IMG/VR virus record: IMGVR_UViG_3300033406_000004
DNA: 64,000 nucleotides
Reading direction: 5' to 3' (one strand)
Source: an uncultured virus (IMG/VR IMGVR_UViG_3300033406_000004)
Taxonomy: Duplodnaviria; Heunggongvirae; Uroviricota; Caudoviricetes
The notes beneath the pieces are model-generated. The model was given only the letters and a program-made list of their open reading frames with translations. It was not told the origin of the DNA and made no database searches. Shown piece by piece: positions 26,293-35,472 of the stretch. The translations under genes and the position numbers were made by a program. Every line of letters begins with the position of its first letter. Positions within the stretch are counted from its first letter, which is position 1.

Positions 26293-26629
26293 CTCAGATA
26301 ATGTTCGCAAATATACAGCAAAATCTTTAGGATTAAAAGATACATATTATGAATTAGTTATATCGAGGAAAAAAACATCTACAATTCGATATGGATTTGT
26401 CTTTTTCAATGATATTATTACCACATTGACATTCAGCAATAAACCTCCAGTTAACGTAAAAATTAGAAAAATAGAATACAGCAAAACTTTTAACGACTTA
26501 AGTGACCTTGACGCAGAGTTAGATGGATATAATTGTTTAGATAATTTAAAAAATGATATAAGAAAATATTATCCAACGATTGAAGACTCAAGCCCAATAA
26601 CTATTGTTTATTTTGATCTTACTGTATAA
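26285..26629 (+). CDS. Stand-alone ASCH-domain protein (YqfB-like)
   Basis: YYELVISRKKTSTIR, LSDLDAELDGY..L..L...IRKYYP, ITIVYF. Confidence 0.85.
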   Translation: MSNSDNVRKYTAKSLGLKDTYYELVISRKKTSTIRYGFVFFNDIITTLTFSNKPPVNVKIRKIEYSKTFNDLSDLDAELDGYNCLDNLKNDIRKYYPTIEDSSPITIVYFDLTV

Positions 26630-26797
26630 ACAAAGAGCCAACAGTAAATAATACATGTAACTCTACAAAGTTACTGCAGACCACAACGGAGTCTCAGTGC
26701 ACTAGATCCCTGAATTATAGCACTAATAATTGTACTGTTCGGATGCTTATGATAAGCAAATAGACAGAGCAATACGAATATTAAAAGACTTAGCATT

Positions 26798-27110
26798 ATG
26801 ATACAGTTAGATGAAAAAAAACAGCGAAGCTCGAGACAACAAATCAGTTGCTTGACGAGAAATACGGAGAACATGGTACGTCAACCCAGGAGGGTTTTTA
26901 ATGAAAAAACAATAGCGCAGTATTATGGCGAAATACTTCGTGACAGGCGTAGAGAGCTTAAACTTACCCAAAAGCAATTAGCCCAGAAGATAAGTAAAAA
27001 ACAAAGTTATATAGCCCTGCATAAAAAGGAGAAGCAGATATTCAACTATCTAGTTTCTTCCGTATCGCTCGTGCGCTGAGCACTAAGTTTACCCCCTACG
27101 CTTATTTGAT
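26798..27110 (+). pseudogene. Frameshifted XRE/HigA-type antitoxin
   Basis: Frames switch: MIQLDEKK / AKLETTNQLLDEKYGEHGT / YYGEILRDRRRELKLTQKQLAQKI / EADIQLSSFFRIARAL; no toxin gene upstream. Confidence 0.75.
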
Positions 27111-27287
27111 GAATAACGAAAATATCATGCGGAGCTTCTCCTAACGGTCTCCAAATGTTTTAGGAGTTTTTGAAATGATTAATAAAAACAAAGCAAATCC
27201 TTGAAGAATATATGTAGGATTATGCTCAAGGATTTTGCAATACGGGGGCAAGAAAATGCATACCCTAGCTTTGCTTTTCATATAGTG

Positions 27288-28202
27288 CTATCTATTTTTA
27301 ATCCAATGAACAGCAATGTCAATCGGTTCAGCAGAGCCCGAAACATAATGTCCCAGTGTTGAAAATAAGCAATACTCGTAAGGTTTCCCTTGTGCCTTGA
27401 GTGCATTGAGGCGCTCTATCGATAGTCTTACTGGGACTTGTATATCCTTCTCGCCAAAAAGCCAAAGCCCCGGAATCGAGAGCGTGCTAAGGGCGTCGTA
27501 AGGATCAGTGTTCGCAAATTGATAGCGATCTGCAGCATTACGTATGTGTTCTCGTACCTCTGCTTCGGTGCGATTGTCCCAAAAATCAGGTTTCCCTTCT
27601 GTAAAAAACTGAAACCTAAGTTGCTCTAGAGTTGAGACCATAGATCCGCTAAACAACAGCATAAAATTCACAAGCGAATTTTTGTTTGCGGCAATGGGAA
27701 TTATCCACCCTGCCTGACTGAAACCGACCAAACCGATAGATACATTTTTCTCCCGCTGATGCTGATGAAGTATATTTATGGCGGCGGTTGCATCTTCAGC
27801 CAAGAGGTTGAGATTAGCAGAATCAATGTTGTTAGTACCCACTTCCGGACCGGCATAAATCCCACCCGATTCACCAACTCCACGTTTATCATATGTTAAC
27901 ACCGAAATGCCTTTTTTAGCCAAAAGCGATGCGAAATTTCTCATTCGAGGTGTCTGGTCAGAACCATGTACCAGAACTACCGCGACATGTGAATGCTGGG
28001 GTGTGTAGATCGTACCAACAAGAGTGACTCCCTCGCTTTCAAATCTGATATCCTCAACGGTCACGCCCGGTGATTGGGCTTTTAACTGATTCGATAATAC
28101 TGGCAATAACAACAAAAAAAAGGCATACCGGCAAAAAAATGCGATATTCCTTAATCTATCAACGTTTTTAATGTAACTTATGGTGCAATTTATAGGGGCC
28201 AT
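27288..28202 (-). CDS. Secreted alpha/beta hydrolase (S9/CocE-like)
   Basis: VHGS, YDKRGVGES, GFSQAG nucleophile elbow, GEKD..VP, GH; signal-like N-terminus. Confidence 0.88.
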   Translation of the reverse strand: MAPINCTISYIKNVDRLRNIAFFCRYAFFLLLLPVLSNQLKAQSPGVTVEDIRFESEGVTLVGTIYTPQHSHVAVVLVHGSDQTPRMRNFASLLAKKGISVLTYDKRGVGESGGIYAGPEVGTNNIDSANLNLLAEDATAAINILHQHQREKNVSIGLVGFSQAGWIIPIAANKNSLVNFMLLFSGSMVSTLEQLRFQFFTEGKPDFWDNRTEAEVREHIRNAADRYQFANTDPYDALSTLSIPGLWLFGEKDIQVPVRLSIERLNALKAQGKPYEYCLFSTLGHYVSGSAEPIDIAVHWIKNR

Positions 28203-28497
28203 ATTTTATGGATTTAAATTAGTTTATATTCACACTAAATTAGACGTAACAGATTAGAAAAGGTTACACGTTTTTAGTGAAAGCTTCATAATACTTTCTG
28301 TATAGTCAAAATAGGCAGATAGTCACAGCCAATTATCGTATCAGGATTTGATAATAATATTTAGCTTCACAAACAGAAATCAAGAGTTTCTTTAATATCT
28401 TTGAAGAATATCTGTAGACTTTTGGTATGCTTCAAAGATTTTATAATAGGGAGCTGCTGAATGCTCGCACTTATGGCTGATCCATTACAATATCCGG

Positions 28498-29199
28498 TTA
28501 TATCCTTTTATAATTAAGTTCAAACCGTGTTGTAGTCAGTATAGTACCTGCCAAAGCATCACGCAATTGCAAGTGATGCAATTCATCAAGCATATCACTG
28601 ACTATCTTCCGGACACGAGGTGGGTATTTCTGTGCCAAAGATACCATTTTTTTGAGTTCCTCTAATGGCAAAGCAGCGAAATACTGCCCCTTTACTCTAT
28701 CATACACATCATATGGGCTACAGCCAGGAATATGGTTTATATCCTTTAGCGCATCCAATAAACGTAAATACAAAATTGTATTCGCATCATTGAAATCATC
28801 ACCGTACGCCTTTACACACTCTATTTCCAAATTCTTAAAACGAAACGAGCGAACAGGATTTGGAGTTGCTATCGTTATTGTCGTAGCTGTTTGCTCGGTC
28901 AATCCCAATTTGTTATAAATATATGCACCGCTCAAATAACCGTTTAATTTCTGGATAATATAACGGAATTGTTCATCTTGGTAAACAGGGAGTATCCCCA
29001 AACCTAATTTAGATTTTCTAGGCCGATAATAGGCACCACGCTCTGCACGTACAAGGGTTCCTTTCTTACTCTGTTCTGAAAGGGCAACTGCAACATTCGC
29101 CAATTTATTAGCAGGATACGACAAGTCACGACACGTAAAGATGCGCCCTTCTTCTATTTGCTCTATCTGTGCGATTATGTCCTGCCTAAATGTTTTCAT
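28498..29199 (-). CDS. DUF6088 / AbiEi-like antitoxin-type transcription regulator
   Basis: Winged-HTH LS...KKG.LVR..RG.YY.P, GYLSG..IYN.LGLT.Q, LDALKDI..IP; start ATG 29199. Confidence 0.7.
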   Translation of the reverse strand: MKTFRQDIIAQIEQIEEGRIFTCRDLSYPANKLANVAVALSEQSKKGTLVRAERGAYYRPRKSKLGLGILPVYQDEQFRYIIQKLNGYLSGAYIYNKLGLTEQTATTITIATPNPVRSFRFKNLEIECVKAYGDDFNDANTILYLRLLDALKDINHIPGCSPYDVYDRVKGQYFAALPLEELKKMVSLAQKYPPRVRKIVSDMLDELHHLQLRDALAGTILTTTRFELNYKRI

Positions 29200-29365
29200 A
29201 AAACAACACTCTTTTCTTTTTTGCAAAGATAATAAATTAAGTATTCACATGCAAATACATAATACTTTTCTTTGAAAATTTTAGGTAAAGTGACTGAATA
29301 AAAAGGATGCAGTAATACATTTCTTTAGCATCCACAAATTTATATGATAATTACAGCAATAATCC

Positions 29366-29623
29366 GTAAGAATACGGTGCAGCAAGGCGGGTGAAGTGAA
29401 TTTCAGGAACTAATGGTGTACGTACTGGAAAACATACATGGCTACAACAAAGACTATAGTAAAGACTTGGAAGAACTCTTACCTCATAACTGGAAATCAA
29501 AAAACTACGAACATCTATAAATCTTCTCAGAATGTTTTTCTAGTTTTTTTAGAGACATCTAATAAAAAACGGAAAAGTAAGCATTGGAATTATATGCTTT
29601 TGATACGGTTTACCAATACTTAC
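29366..29623 (+). mobile_element. IS66-family remnant (transposase C-terminus and right inverted repeat)
   Basis: KAGEVNFRN*MVYVLENIHGYNKDYSKDLEELLPHNWK; terminal GGTTTACCAATACTTAC reads GTAAG... on the minus strand. Confidence 0.7.
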
Positions 29624-29801
29624 ACGCTAAAGTACATCCCAAGCCTCTAAATGCTAAAGATGCTCATAGCACAAATGATTTACGTTTCACAATGCACCTG
29701 AATTCTTACATTATATAATGTACTTTTGGATTAATATTAGAAGAGCTATAAAATTATTTTAGTATCTTTGTGTAAGAAATATTTTCATTACGCTATTTTT
29801 T

Positions 29802-30836
29802 ATGAAAAAACTATACACTACATCTAAATACAAGAGATATCACAAAAAATATTGTCTCAAACTGCAGCATAGAAAGAAATATAAGAAGTATGTTTCTCCT
29901 TTAAAAAATAAGAAAAAAAATAATCTATTTCATCAAGTAACAGCCCCCATAGATTTCCGCTTTTTAGATAATATAGAGGCGTGTGCAAAATTCTTTTCTG
30001 ATTTAAGAAAAGAAGATGCAATATGGGAAAAGAATGGAAGAAAAAATGTGTTTATTGATATTAGAAAAATCGAAAAAATCGATTTTTCTACAGCCTTTAT
30101 TTTATCTGCAATCTCCGATGAATTCAAAGATAATCATATTATTTTAAGAGGAAGTCTTCCTGAAAATGAGGAATGCTTAAAATATCTATCAGATTCAGGT
30201 TTCTTTAATGAAAAATACGATAAAAATGGCACAAAATTCTCGAATACGGAGAAAACCGAAATTATGATATTTGAAAAAGGCTGTGGAATTTTATCCATTG
30301 AGCATATGAAAAAGATTAGCGATACAGTAGAACATATTTCCAATCACCTTGTTAATGAAAAAAGGCCTAATTTGGATTTAAAATCAATGTTAAAAGAAAT
30401 ATGCGGCAATTCCATAGAATGGAGTTATGCGTTTAATCAACAATGGTCATTGGGGATAAAGTATGAAGATGATCGTATTATATTTGTTGCAATAGATTTA
30501 GGAAGAGGTATATTAGATTCCTTATATCGAAAATTTCAGAAAAAACTAGCTGATATATTTACTTTAAAGTCAGATATTGATATTTTAATGGGTGCTTTTG
30601 ATAAAAAATATGGCTCTTCGTCAAAAGAAATTAATCGTAACAAAGGTCTCCCTGGGATAAAAAGTTCTTTTAATGCAGGATTAATCAAAAAGCTGGTTGC
30701 TGTTACAAATAATGTTATGCTAGATTTTGAGAATCCAGAAAGATGCATTAAATTTGCATCTTTAAGACGCACTTTCAAAGGTACATTATACAAATGGGAA
30801 ATGGATGCAGAATGTTTAAATAAGCGTGTATTATGA
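29802..30836 (+). CDS. STAS-like + GHKL/HATPase protein
   Basis: VFIDIRKIEKIDFS (STAS-like); EICGNSIEWS (N box), IDLGRGI (G1), NKGLPGI (G2), KGTL. Confidence 0.8.
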   Translation: MKKLYTTSKYKRYHKKYCLKLQHRKKYKKYVSPLKNKKKNNLFHQVTAPIDFRFLDNIEACAKFFSDLRKEDAIWEKNGRKNVFIDIRKIEKIDFSTAFILSAISDEFKDNHIILRGSLPENEECLKYLSDSGFFNEKYDKNGTKFSNTEKTEIMIFEKGCGILSIEHMKKISDTVEHISNHLVNEKRPNLDLKSMLKEICGNSIEWSYAFNQQWSLGIKYEDDRIIFVAIDLGRGILDSLYRKFQKKLADIFTLKSDIDILMGAFDKKYGSSSKEINRNKGLPGIKSSFNAGLIKKLVAVTNNVMLDFENPERCIKFASLRRTFKGTLYKWEMDAECLNKRVL

Positions 30837-31249
30837 CAACTATAAATATAGCAAAAGATTATTCTCTTTTTACAGGGTTAAGACATTGTAACATAAGTGA
30901 AAAATCTGGAGAGGATTTCTATCATACTAAATTGAATACGGCATTTAAAGAAGCTTTTGAGAAAGAAGATAAATTAACAATTATCTTAGATGGGGTTGAT
31001 GGATTTGCTCCATCCTTTTTAGACGAAGCATTTGGAAATTTAGTATATGACTTCGGACTCACGAATGTAAAAGCATACCTAGAAGTAGCTTCATTGCTGG
31101 AACCTCAATGGATTGACATGATTACTCAACAAACATATCCTCAATGGGAAAAAAGAAGGGAGAAAAATATATTTCCAAAAAAAACCATTACACACAAACC
31201 TTGGTTCAGAATAGTTGATAGTAAAATAGAATGTAAAAAATGGATTTAA
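30833..31249 (+). CDS. STAS-like protein (DUF4325)
   Basis: INIAKDYS...G.R...SGEDFY...LDGVDGFAPSFLDEAFG. Confidence 0.85.
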   Translation: MTTINIAKDYSLFTGLRHCNISEKSGEDFYHTKLNTAFKEAFEKEDKLTIILDGVDGFAPSFLDEAFGNLVYDFGLTNVKAYLEVASLLEPQWIDMITQQTYPQWEKRREKNIFPKKTITHKPWFRIVDSKIECKKWI

Positions 31250-31755
31250 TTTTAACTTCTATTAGCAACATAACTAAGGAGGAAATGGGGTATTCTGAAT
31301 GGATTGATTTATTTGGCATTATAATTACTGCATTATTATCTTGGTGGATAGTTAATACCATTCAAAAACGTATTGATAATCAAAGAACTTTAAAAGATCA
31401 TCTAATAAGTGAGATACTATCAATCAGGACAGATTATCGCCTAATGTTAATTAACATAAAAATAGGAGAAAGCCACCCTAAATATTTAAAAATAAAATTA
31501 AAAGATTTAAATATAAAAACAACAGACATAATGAAGATTGTGTCAAACAAGTACCGCATTGATAATAAATATTTGAACCATTATCAGCATGATTTAAATT
31601 GGCTAATAACAGATAATAAAGAATATATTAATAGTTTTAAAACCGACAGTAAAATCATTCTTTCTCAAGAAAGCATGATTCATTTCTTGATCTTCGAAGC
31701 GAACAATGATCATTTATTTAATGATTTAATAGTCCGAATTAATGATTCGAATTGA
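31240..31755 (+). CDS. Single-TM hypothetical protein
   Basis: WIDLFGIIITALLSWWIV then a helical soluble part; overlaps the DUF4325 gene. Confidence 0.7.
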   Translation: MDLILTSISNITKEEMGYSEWIDLFGIIITALLSWWIVNTIQKRIDNQRTLKDHLISEILSIRTDYRLMLINIKIGESHPKYLKIKLKDLNIKTTDIMKIVSNKYRIDNKYLNHYQHDLNWLITDNKEYINSFKTDSKIILSQESMIHFLIFEANNDHLFNDLIVRINDSN

Positions 31756-31907
31756 ATGAGTAATACAACCAGAGTCCAAAAGCTTCGAGTTTTAAAGCGA
31801 GATGAACACTTGCGATAAAGCAAATACCTAAAACCTTAAAGTCTATACTGATTCTTCAAATCGAAAGAATTCTGGTCTAATAAGTACAATATTCGGTTTG
31901 ATAGTAT

Positions 31908-32197
31908 ATGGAAATAGTAATAGACCAATTGCCAAGAAGGGAATTATTTGGACAACATACGCCATTGACATCCCATCTTTATTACTACATAAAAGATGGT
32001 ATTCCATATCTCTTTCAAGTTATGTTTTCGCTTGCGTGCTTGCATGAGCAAAATTTTCTCCATATATTGCCACTGGGTTTCTTTCAAATCTGTTGGGTAT
32101 ATTTCTTTTAGGTTTGGTCACTTCAAAGGAAATAACTATTCAGAAGAGAAAGAAACTCTTTTATTTTTTTATTTCAACCATTTTTAAACAGGCTCTA
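31908..32197 (-). mobile_element. IS5-family remnant (left end and truncated transposase)
   Basis: Minus strand KEIYPTDLKETQWQ...RKRKHNLKEIWNTIFY...GCQWRMLSK*FPSWQLVYYYF; end sequence GAGCCTGTTTAAAA. Confidence 0.8.
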
Positions 32198-32255
32198 AGA
32201 GAAAGGGTATATTTGCAACTACTAGATATAATTTACAAATATTGTTATATAATTT

Positions 32256-33314
32256 ATGAGCGAGACTGATCAGAAGAAAGAAATAGAAGAGCTTATCGAA
32301 AAAGCACAAGCACATTTAAAGAACTCCGTTTCTTTGAGGAGTAAATGTAACCATGAAGTCGAGGAGGCTAAAGCATGTATTGATTTCGCTTTAAAAAAGC
32401 TTGATCAGAGTTCTTCTCTCCCTTTTTTGCCTAATTCGTCTTGTCGTCGTGATAAAAATATATATGGTTTAGCAGGTCAAATATATGCACGAATTGACGA
32501 AGCTAAGTCGATAGAATTCTTTAAAAAATATCACTACCGCATTTTATTAGAAATTTCGAATTTTAATGATTCTAGAGATAAGGGTATTATTGCATATAGT
32601 TTTCGAAGTTGTAATAAATTTACGATTAAAGATTTGATTGAAAGAACTATATCATTAGGCAAACCTAAATGTATGAATGATCCTTTTGATAGCTTGTTAC
32701 TATGGTGGGGAGATAAAGAAAATCTAGAAAAGACCTTTGACGATAATCAACATATACATGCGATGATGAAATCTTACCAATATTATCGCATTCGTTCTTT
32801 CTGCGCCAATACTGATACTATGAATGCCGATGATTCCATACCTCGTAATATATTAATGTGGTCTCATTATGCTGACTCCCATAAGGGTATCTGTATCAGG
32901 TATAAACTGAAAAACGATTTCATTTGTATGGAAGATAAAGACGATATACCAGACGATCATTTCCATACTATATTAAAAAAAATAGATTATGGTGATGAGT
33001 GTTCTGTAAACGATATTATTAATTTAGAAGAGAAATCTATAGATGCAAATCTAGCTTTTACACGTAAGTATAGGACATGGAATTATGAAAACGAAGTTCG
33101 TCTGATTTCATACAACACGAAAAATGAAGATGACTACATCTCTATACCAAACGATAACAGTGCCAATATTGAGGCTATATATTTTGGCTGTAAATGTACA
33201 GACGAAGACAAAGCCTTAGTAATAAAATGTATAGGAGATACTAATGTCCAATTTTATAAAATGCAACCAGATTTTCATAATATCTATAATCTGAAAATTA
33301 CTCCTAATGATTAA
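32256..33314 (+). CDS. DUF2971-family protein with helical (TPR-like) N-terminus
   Basis: MNDPFD, LMWSHYADSHKGICI, K...WNYENEVRL, IYFGCK. Confidence 0.85.
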   Translation: MSETDQKKEIEELIEKAQAHLKNSVSLRSKCNHEVEEAKACIDFALKKLDQSSSLPFLPNSSCRRDKNIYGLAGQIYARIDEAKSIEFFKKYHYRILLEISNFNDSRDKGIIAYSFRSCNKFTIKDLIERTISLGKPKCMNDPFDSLLLWWGDKENLEKTFDDNQHIHAMMKSYQYYRIRSFCANTDTMNADDSIPRNILMWSHYADSHKGICIRYKLKNDFICMEDKDDIPDDHFHTILKKIDYGDECSVNDIINLEEKSIDANLAFTRKYRTWNYENEVRLISYNTKNEDDYISIPNDNSANIEAIYFGCKCTDEDKALVIKCIGDTNVQFYKMQPDFHNIYNLKITPND

Positions 33315-33341
33315 AACAGTAAAGAAATATACCCCTAATAC

Positions 33342-33369
33342 AAAAAAAACCTACTTGTTCGGTAGGCTT
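33342..33369. terminator. Terminator between convergent genes
   Basis: A-run + CCTAC-ttgttcg-GTAGG. Confidence 0.5.
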
Positions 33370-33420
33370 AACCATCTCTATTTTGGCTCTTAAATATTAG
33401 TAATCATAGATAATAAGATA

Positions 33421-33819
33421 CTATTTCATGTAATTGTTCTTAAGTTTGTCGGTTACTCGATAATAACTTGACAATAATATCCAATCCGTCTTCTCTATAG
33501 GTAAACGACAAAAAGAACTAGGATTTTTATCAAACTTTGTTGCTTGAGCCATGACTCGATTTTTTATATAAAAGCCGCCAGTATTATTTTCTTTCAAATA
33601 AATACTGCATTCGTCCTTCAACCGCTTTATGGATTCCAAACCAGCTTTAAACAGAGTACAGTCAGGCGCATCAACCTTGACTTCAGTTTCAAAGGTGAGC
33701 TCCATACCACCTATTCCCAAAAAATCTAATAAAACCTCTCCAATTGTTTTCTGTTTATCCTCTTTGGTGAGTAAATCCTTTTTGAGGAAATCAAAAAATT
33801 CGTCTTTATTAAAGCCCAT
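33421..33819 (-). CDS. Hypothetical protein
   Basis: 132-aa ORF, 6 nt downstream of the preceding gene. Confidence 0.6.
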   Translation of the reverse strand: MGFNKDEFFDFLKKDLLTKEDKQKTIGEVLLDFLGIGGMELTFETEVKVDAPDCTLFKAGLESIKRLKDECSIYLKENNTGGFYIKNRVMAQATKFDKNPSSFCRLPIEKTDWILLSSYYRVTDKLKNNYMK

Positions 33820-33825
33820 ATCTAT

Positions 33826-34191
33826 TTATTTTAAAGTTGAATACATGAATTCTATTTTGAGTCCAATTCCTAACTCTTTAATTATTATAACCATTATTTC
33901 AAGGCACTGATCAATGCCTGGTAAATTGTGATCAGCAAGAGCTAATTCACACTGTGTAGTCATTTCTAAAACATCTTTCCTATCAGTTGTTTTTCTAATT
34001 TCAGATAGTGCTAAAGATAAATATGCATGAACACAACCAATAGCGAACCCCTCTCTTAATTCATCTTTAGACCTTAATGCCATTTGAATCCCATTATAAA
34101 AATGATGGTCAGCACCGTGATCATCTTTATTACATTTAAATATGCTCATCAAAACATATTCGTAAACTTGAAACATCATAACTTTTTCCAT
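33826..34191 (-). CDS. Hypothetical protein
   Basis: 121-aa ORF; TATATTTG -7 box immediately upstream on the minus strand. Confidence 0.6.
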   Translation of the reverse strand: MEKVMMFQVYEYVLMSIFKCNKDDHGADHHFYNGIQMALRSKDELREGFAIGCVHAYLSLALSEIRKTTDRKDVLEMTTQCELALADHNLPGIDQCLEIMVIIIKELGIGLKIEFMYSTLK

Positions 34192-34427
34192 TGTTTTTTT
34201 TCAAATATATATAATATTTTTCTATTTATCAAAACAAATAGGTAAGAAAAGGATAAATATCTTTTTAGATAAAAGTCCAACTAACATGGTAGGACTTAAC
34301 ATATCTACTAATGGGTGGGCATTTCTACCATTTCTGCATATAACTCACTCCGACGCCAACATAACCACTACAAGGATAGCTATAACCAGCCTGTAGGCCT
34401 ATTCCCCAATGCTTAGACTTTGGAAAG

Positions 34428-34453
34428 AAAAAGCCCCACCGAAAGGTAGGGCC
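34428..34453 (-). terminator. Terminator of the late/lysis operon
   Basis: Minus strand GCCCTACC-TTTC-GGTGGGGC-TTTTT. Confidence 0.75.
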
Positions 34454-34530
34454 AAATAATATGAGGTGAATTTACCTCAGAAAAAAAGGGGCAAAATAGG
34501 GATAAAATGCAGAAATGAGGTCAATTTACT

Positions 34531-35058
34531 TCACTTCTTAATCATTTTCCACAATAAACCTAACCAGTTTGTTTTCTTATTCGCCCAAATCACCAAAGCG
34601 ATAGCACTCGCTATCCAAGCGATACCGCCAGTCCATATCAGTGTAGTCTGCCACCAATTCAATTTCTTTTCAACAGGCACAGTTACGACAGATTGCGAAA
34701 TATTCTTCTTGCCAACATTAATAGTTGTTTGAGGCAAATACACAGTATCAGGTTCCGTTTTAGCAGTAGTCAGTAGATTGCCCAGACTATCAAGCGAGAA
34801 TTGCAAACTCATACGCTTAGAATGTTCTTCATCAAACCATTTGAGCACAACTTTACCATTCTTGTCACATTCAAGCAAAGCCCTGATTTTAGCACTATCT
34901 TCCGGCAAAGCATAAGGAACCAACTTTTCAACCACAACAGAATCGTACTTTGTCTCCGCAGTAGTGGACGTTTGCTTTGCCGTTCTGCAGGAACACAGAG
35001 TAGCAAGCGTTAGTATGATGCCAAACAATAATTCTCCGAATTTTAAATGTTTTTTCAT
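34531..35058 (-). CDS. Putative unimolecular spanin
   Basis: N-terminal lipobox LCSC and C-terminal TM LIWTGGIAWIASAIALVIW; last gene of the lysis cassette. Confidence 0.65.
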   Translation of the reverse strand: MKKHLKFGELLFGIILTLATLCSCRTAKQTSTTAETKYDSVVVEKLVPYALPEDSAKIRALLECDKNGKVVLKWFDEEHSKRMSLQFSLDSLGNLLTTAKTEPDTVYLPQTTINVGKKNISQSVVTVPVEKKLNWWQTTLIWTGGIAWIASAIALVIWANKKTNWLGLLWKMIKK

Positions 35059-35240
35059 CGCTTACCCCCTTTCATTTGTTTCAATTCCTTCTCCGCATCA
35101 ATCAGGTAGAAATAATCCCGTATTGAGATTTTCCCGCTCAAAGCTTGATCTCTGTAAATAGGTTCCCGGTTCTTAACCGTTTCCTTTTGAGTACCACAAC
35201 TTGCCAATGCAATTGCGACAATTAATAATAACTTCTTCAT
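35055..35240 (-). CDS. Small lipoprotein
   Basis: MKKLLLIVAIALASC lipobox. Confidence 0.75.
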   Translation of the reverse strand: MKKLLLIVAIALASCGTQKETVKNREPIYRDQALSGKISIRDYFYLIDAEKELKQMKGGKR

Positions 35241-35331
35241 CTTCCATTATTTTTTGATAAAATAAATACGCCAAATAACACCCGATCATTTTAATACATA
35301 TATTCGCACGTTATTTTTAAAGATTGATATC

Positions 35332-35472
35332 ATGAGTAAAAATGAAAAGACATCTAAGAAAGTAGCATCGAAAGCCGGAGAAATGCTCTCCAACCCATCG
35401 ACGCCCAAAAACACTAAGTCGGTCGCTGCTTCTGCGCTGACACAAGCTCCTGACAACAAGAAAGGCAAATAG
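35332..35472 (+). CDS. 46-aa basic protein
   Basis: MSKNEKTSKKVASKAGEMLSNPSTPKNTKSVAASALTQAPDNKKGK read from the sequence. Confidence 0.6.
   Translation: MSKNEKTSKKVASKAGEMLSNPSTPKNTKSVAASALTQAPDNKKGK

Noticed and set aside
29438..29650. 70-aa ORF
   Set aside because: Off-frame reading of the IS66 remnant
31908..32187. Two short plus-strand ORFs
   Set aside because: Antisense to a broken IS5 transposase
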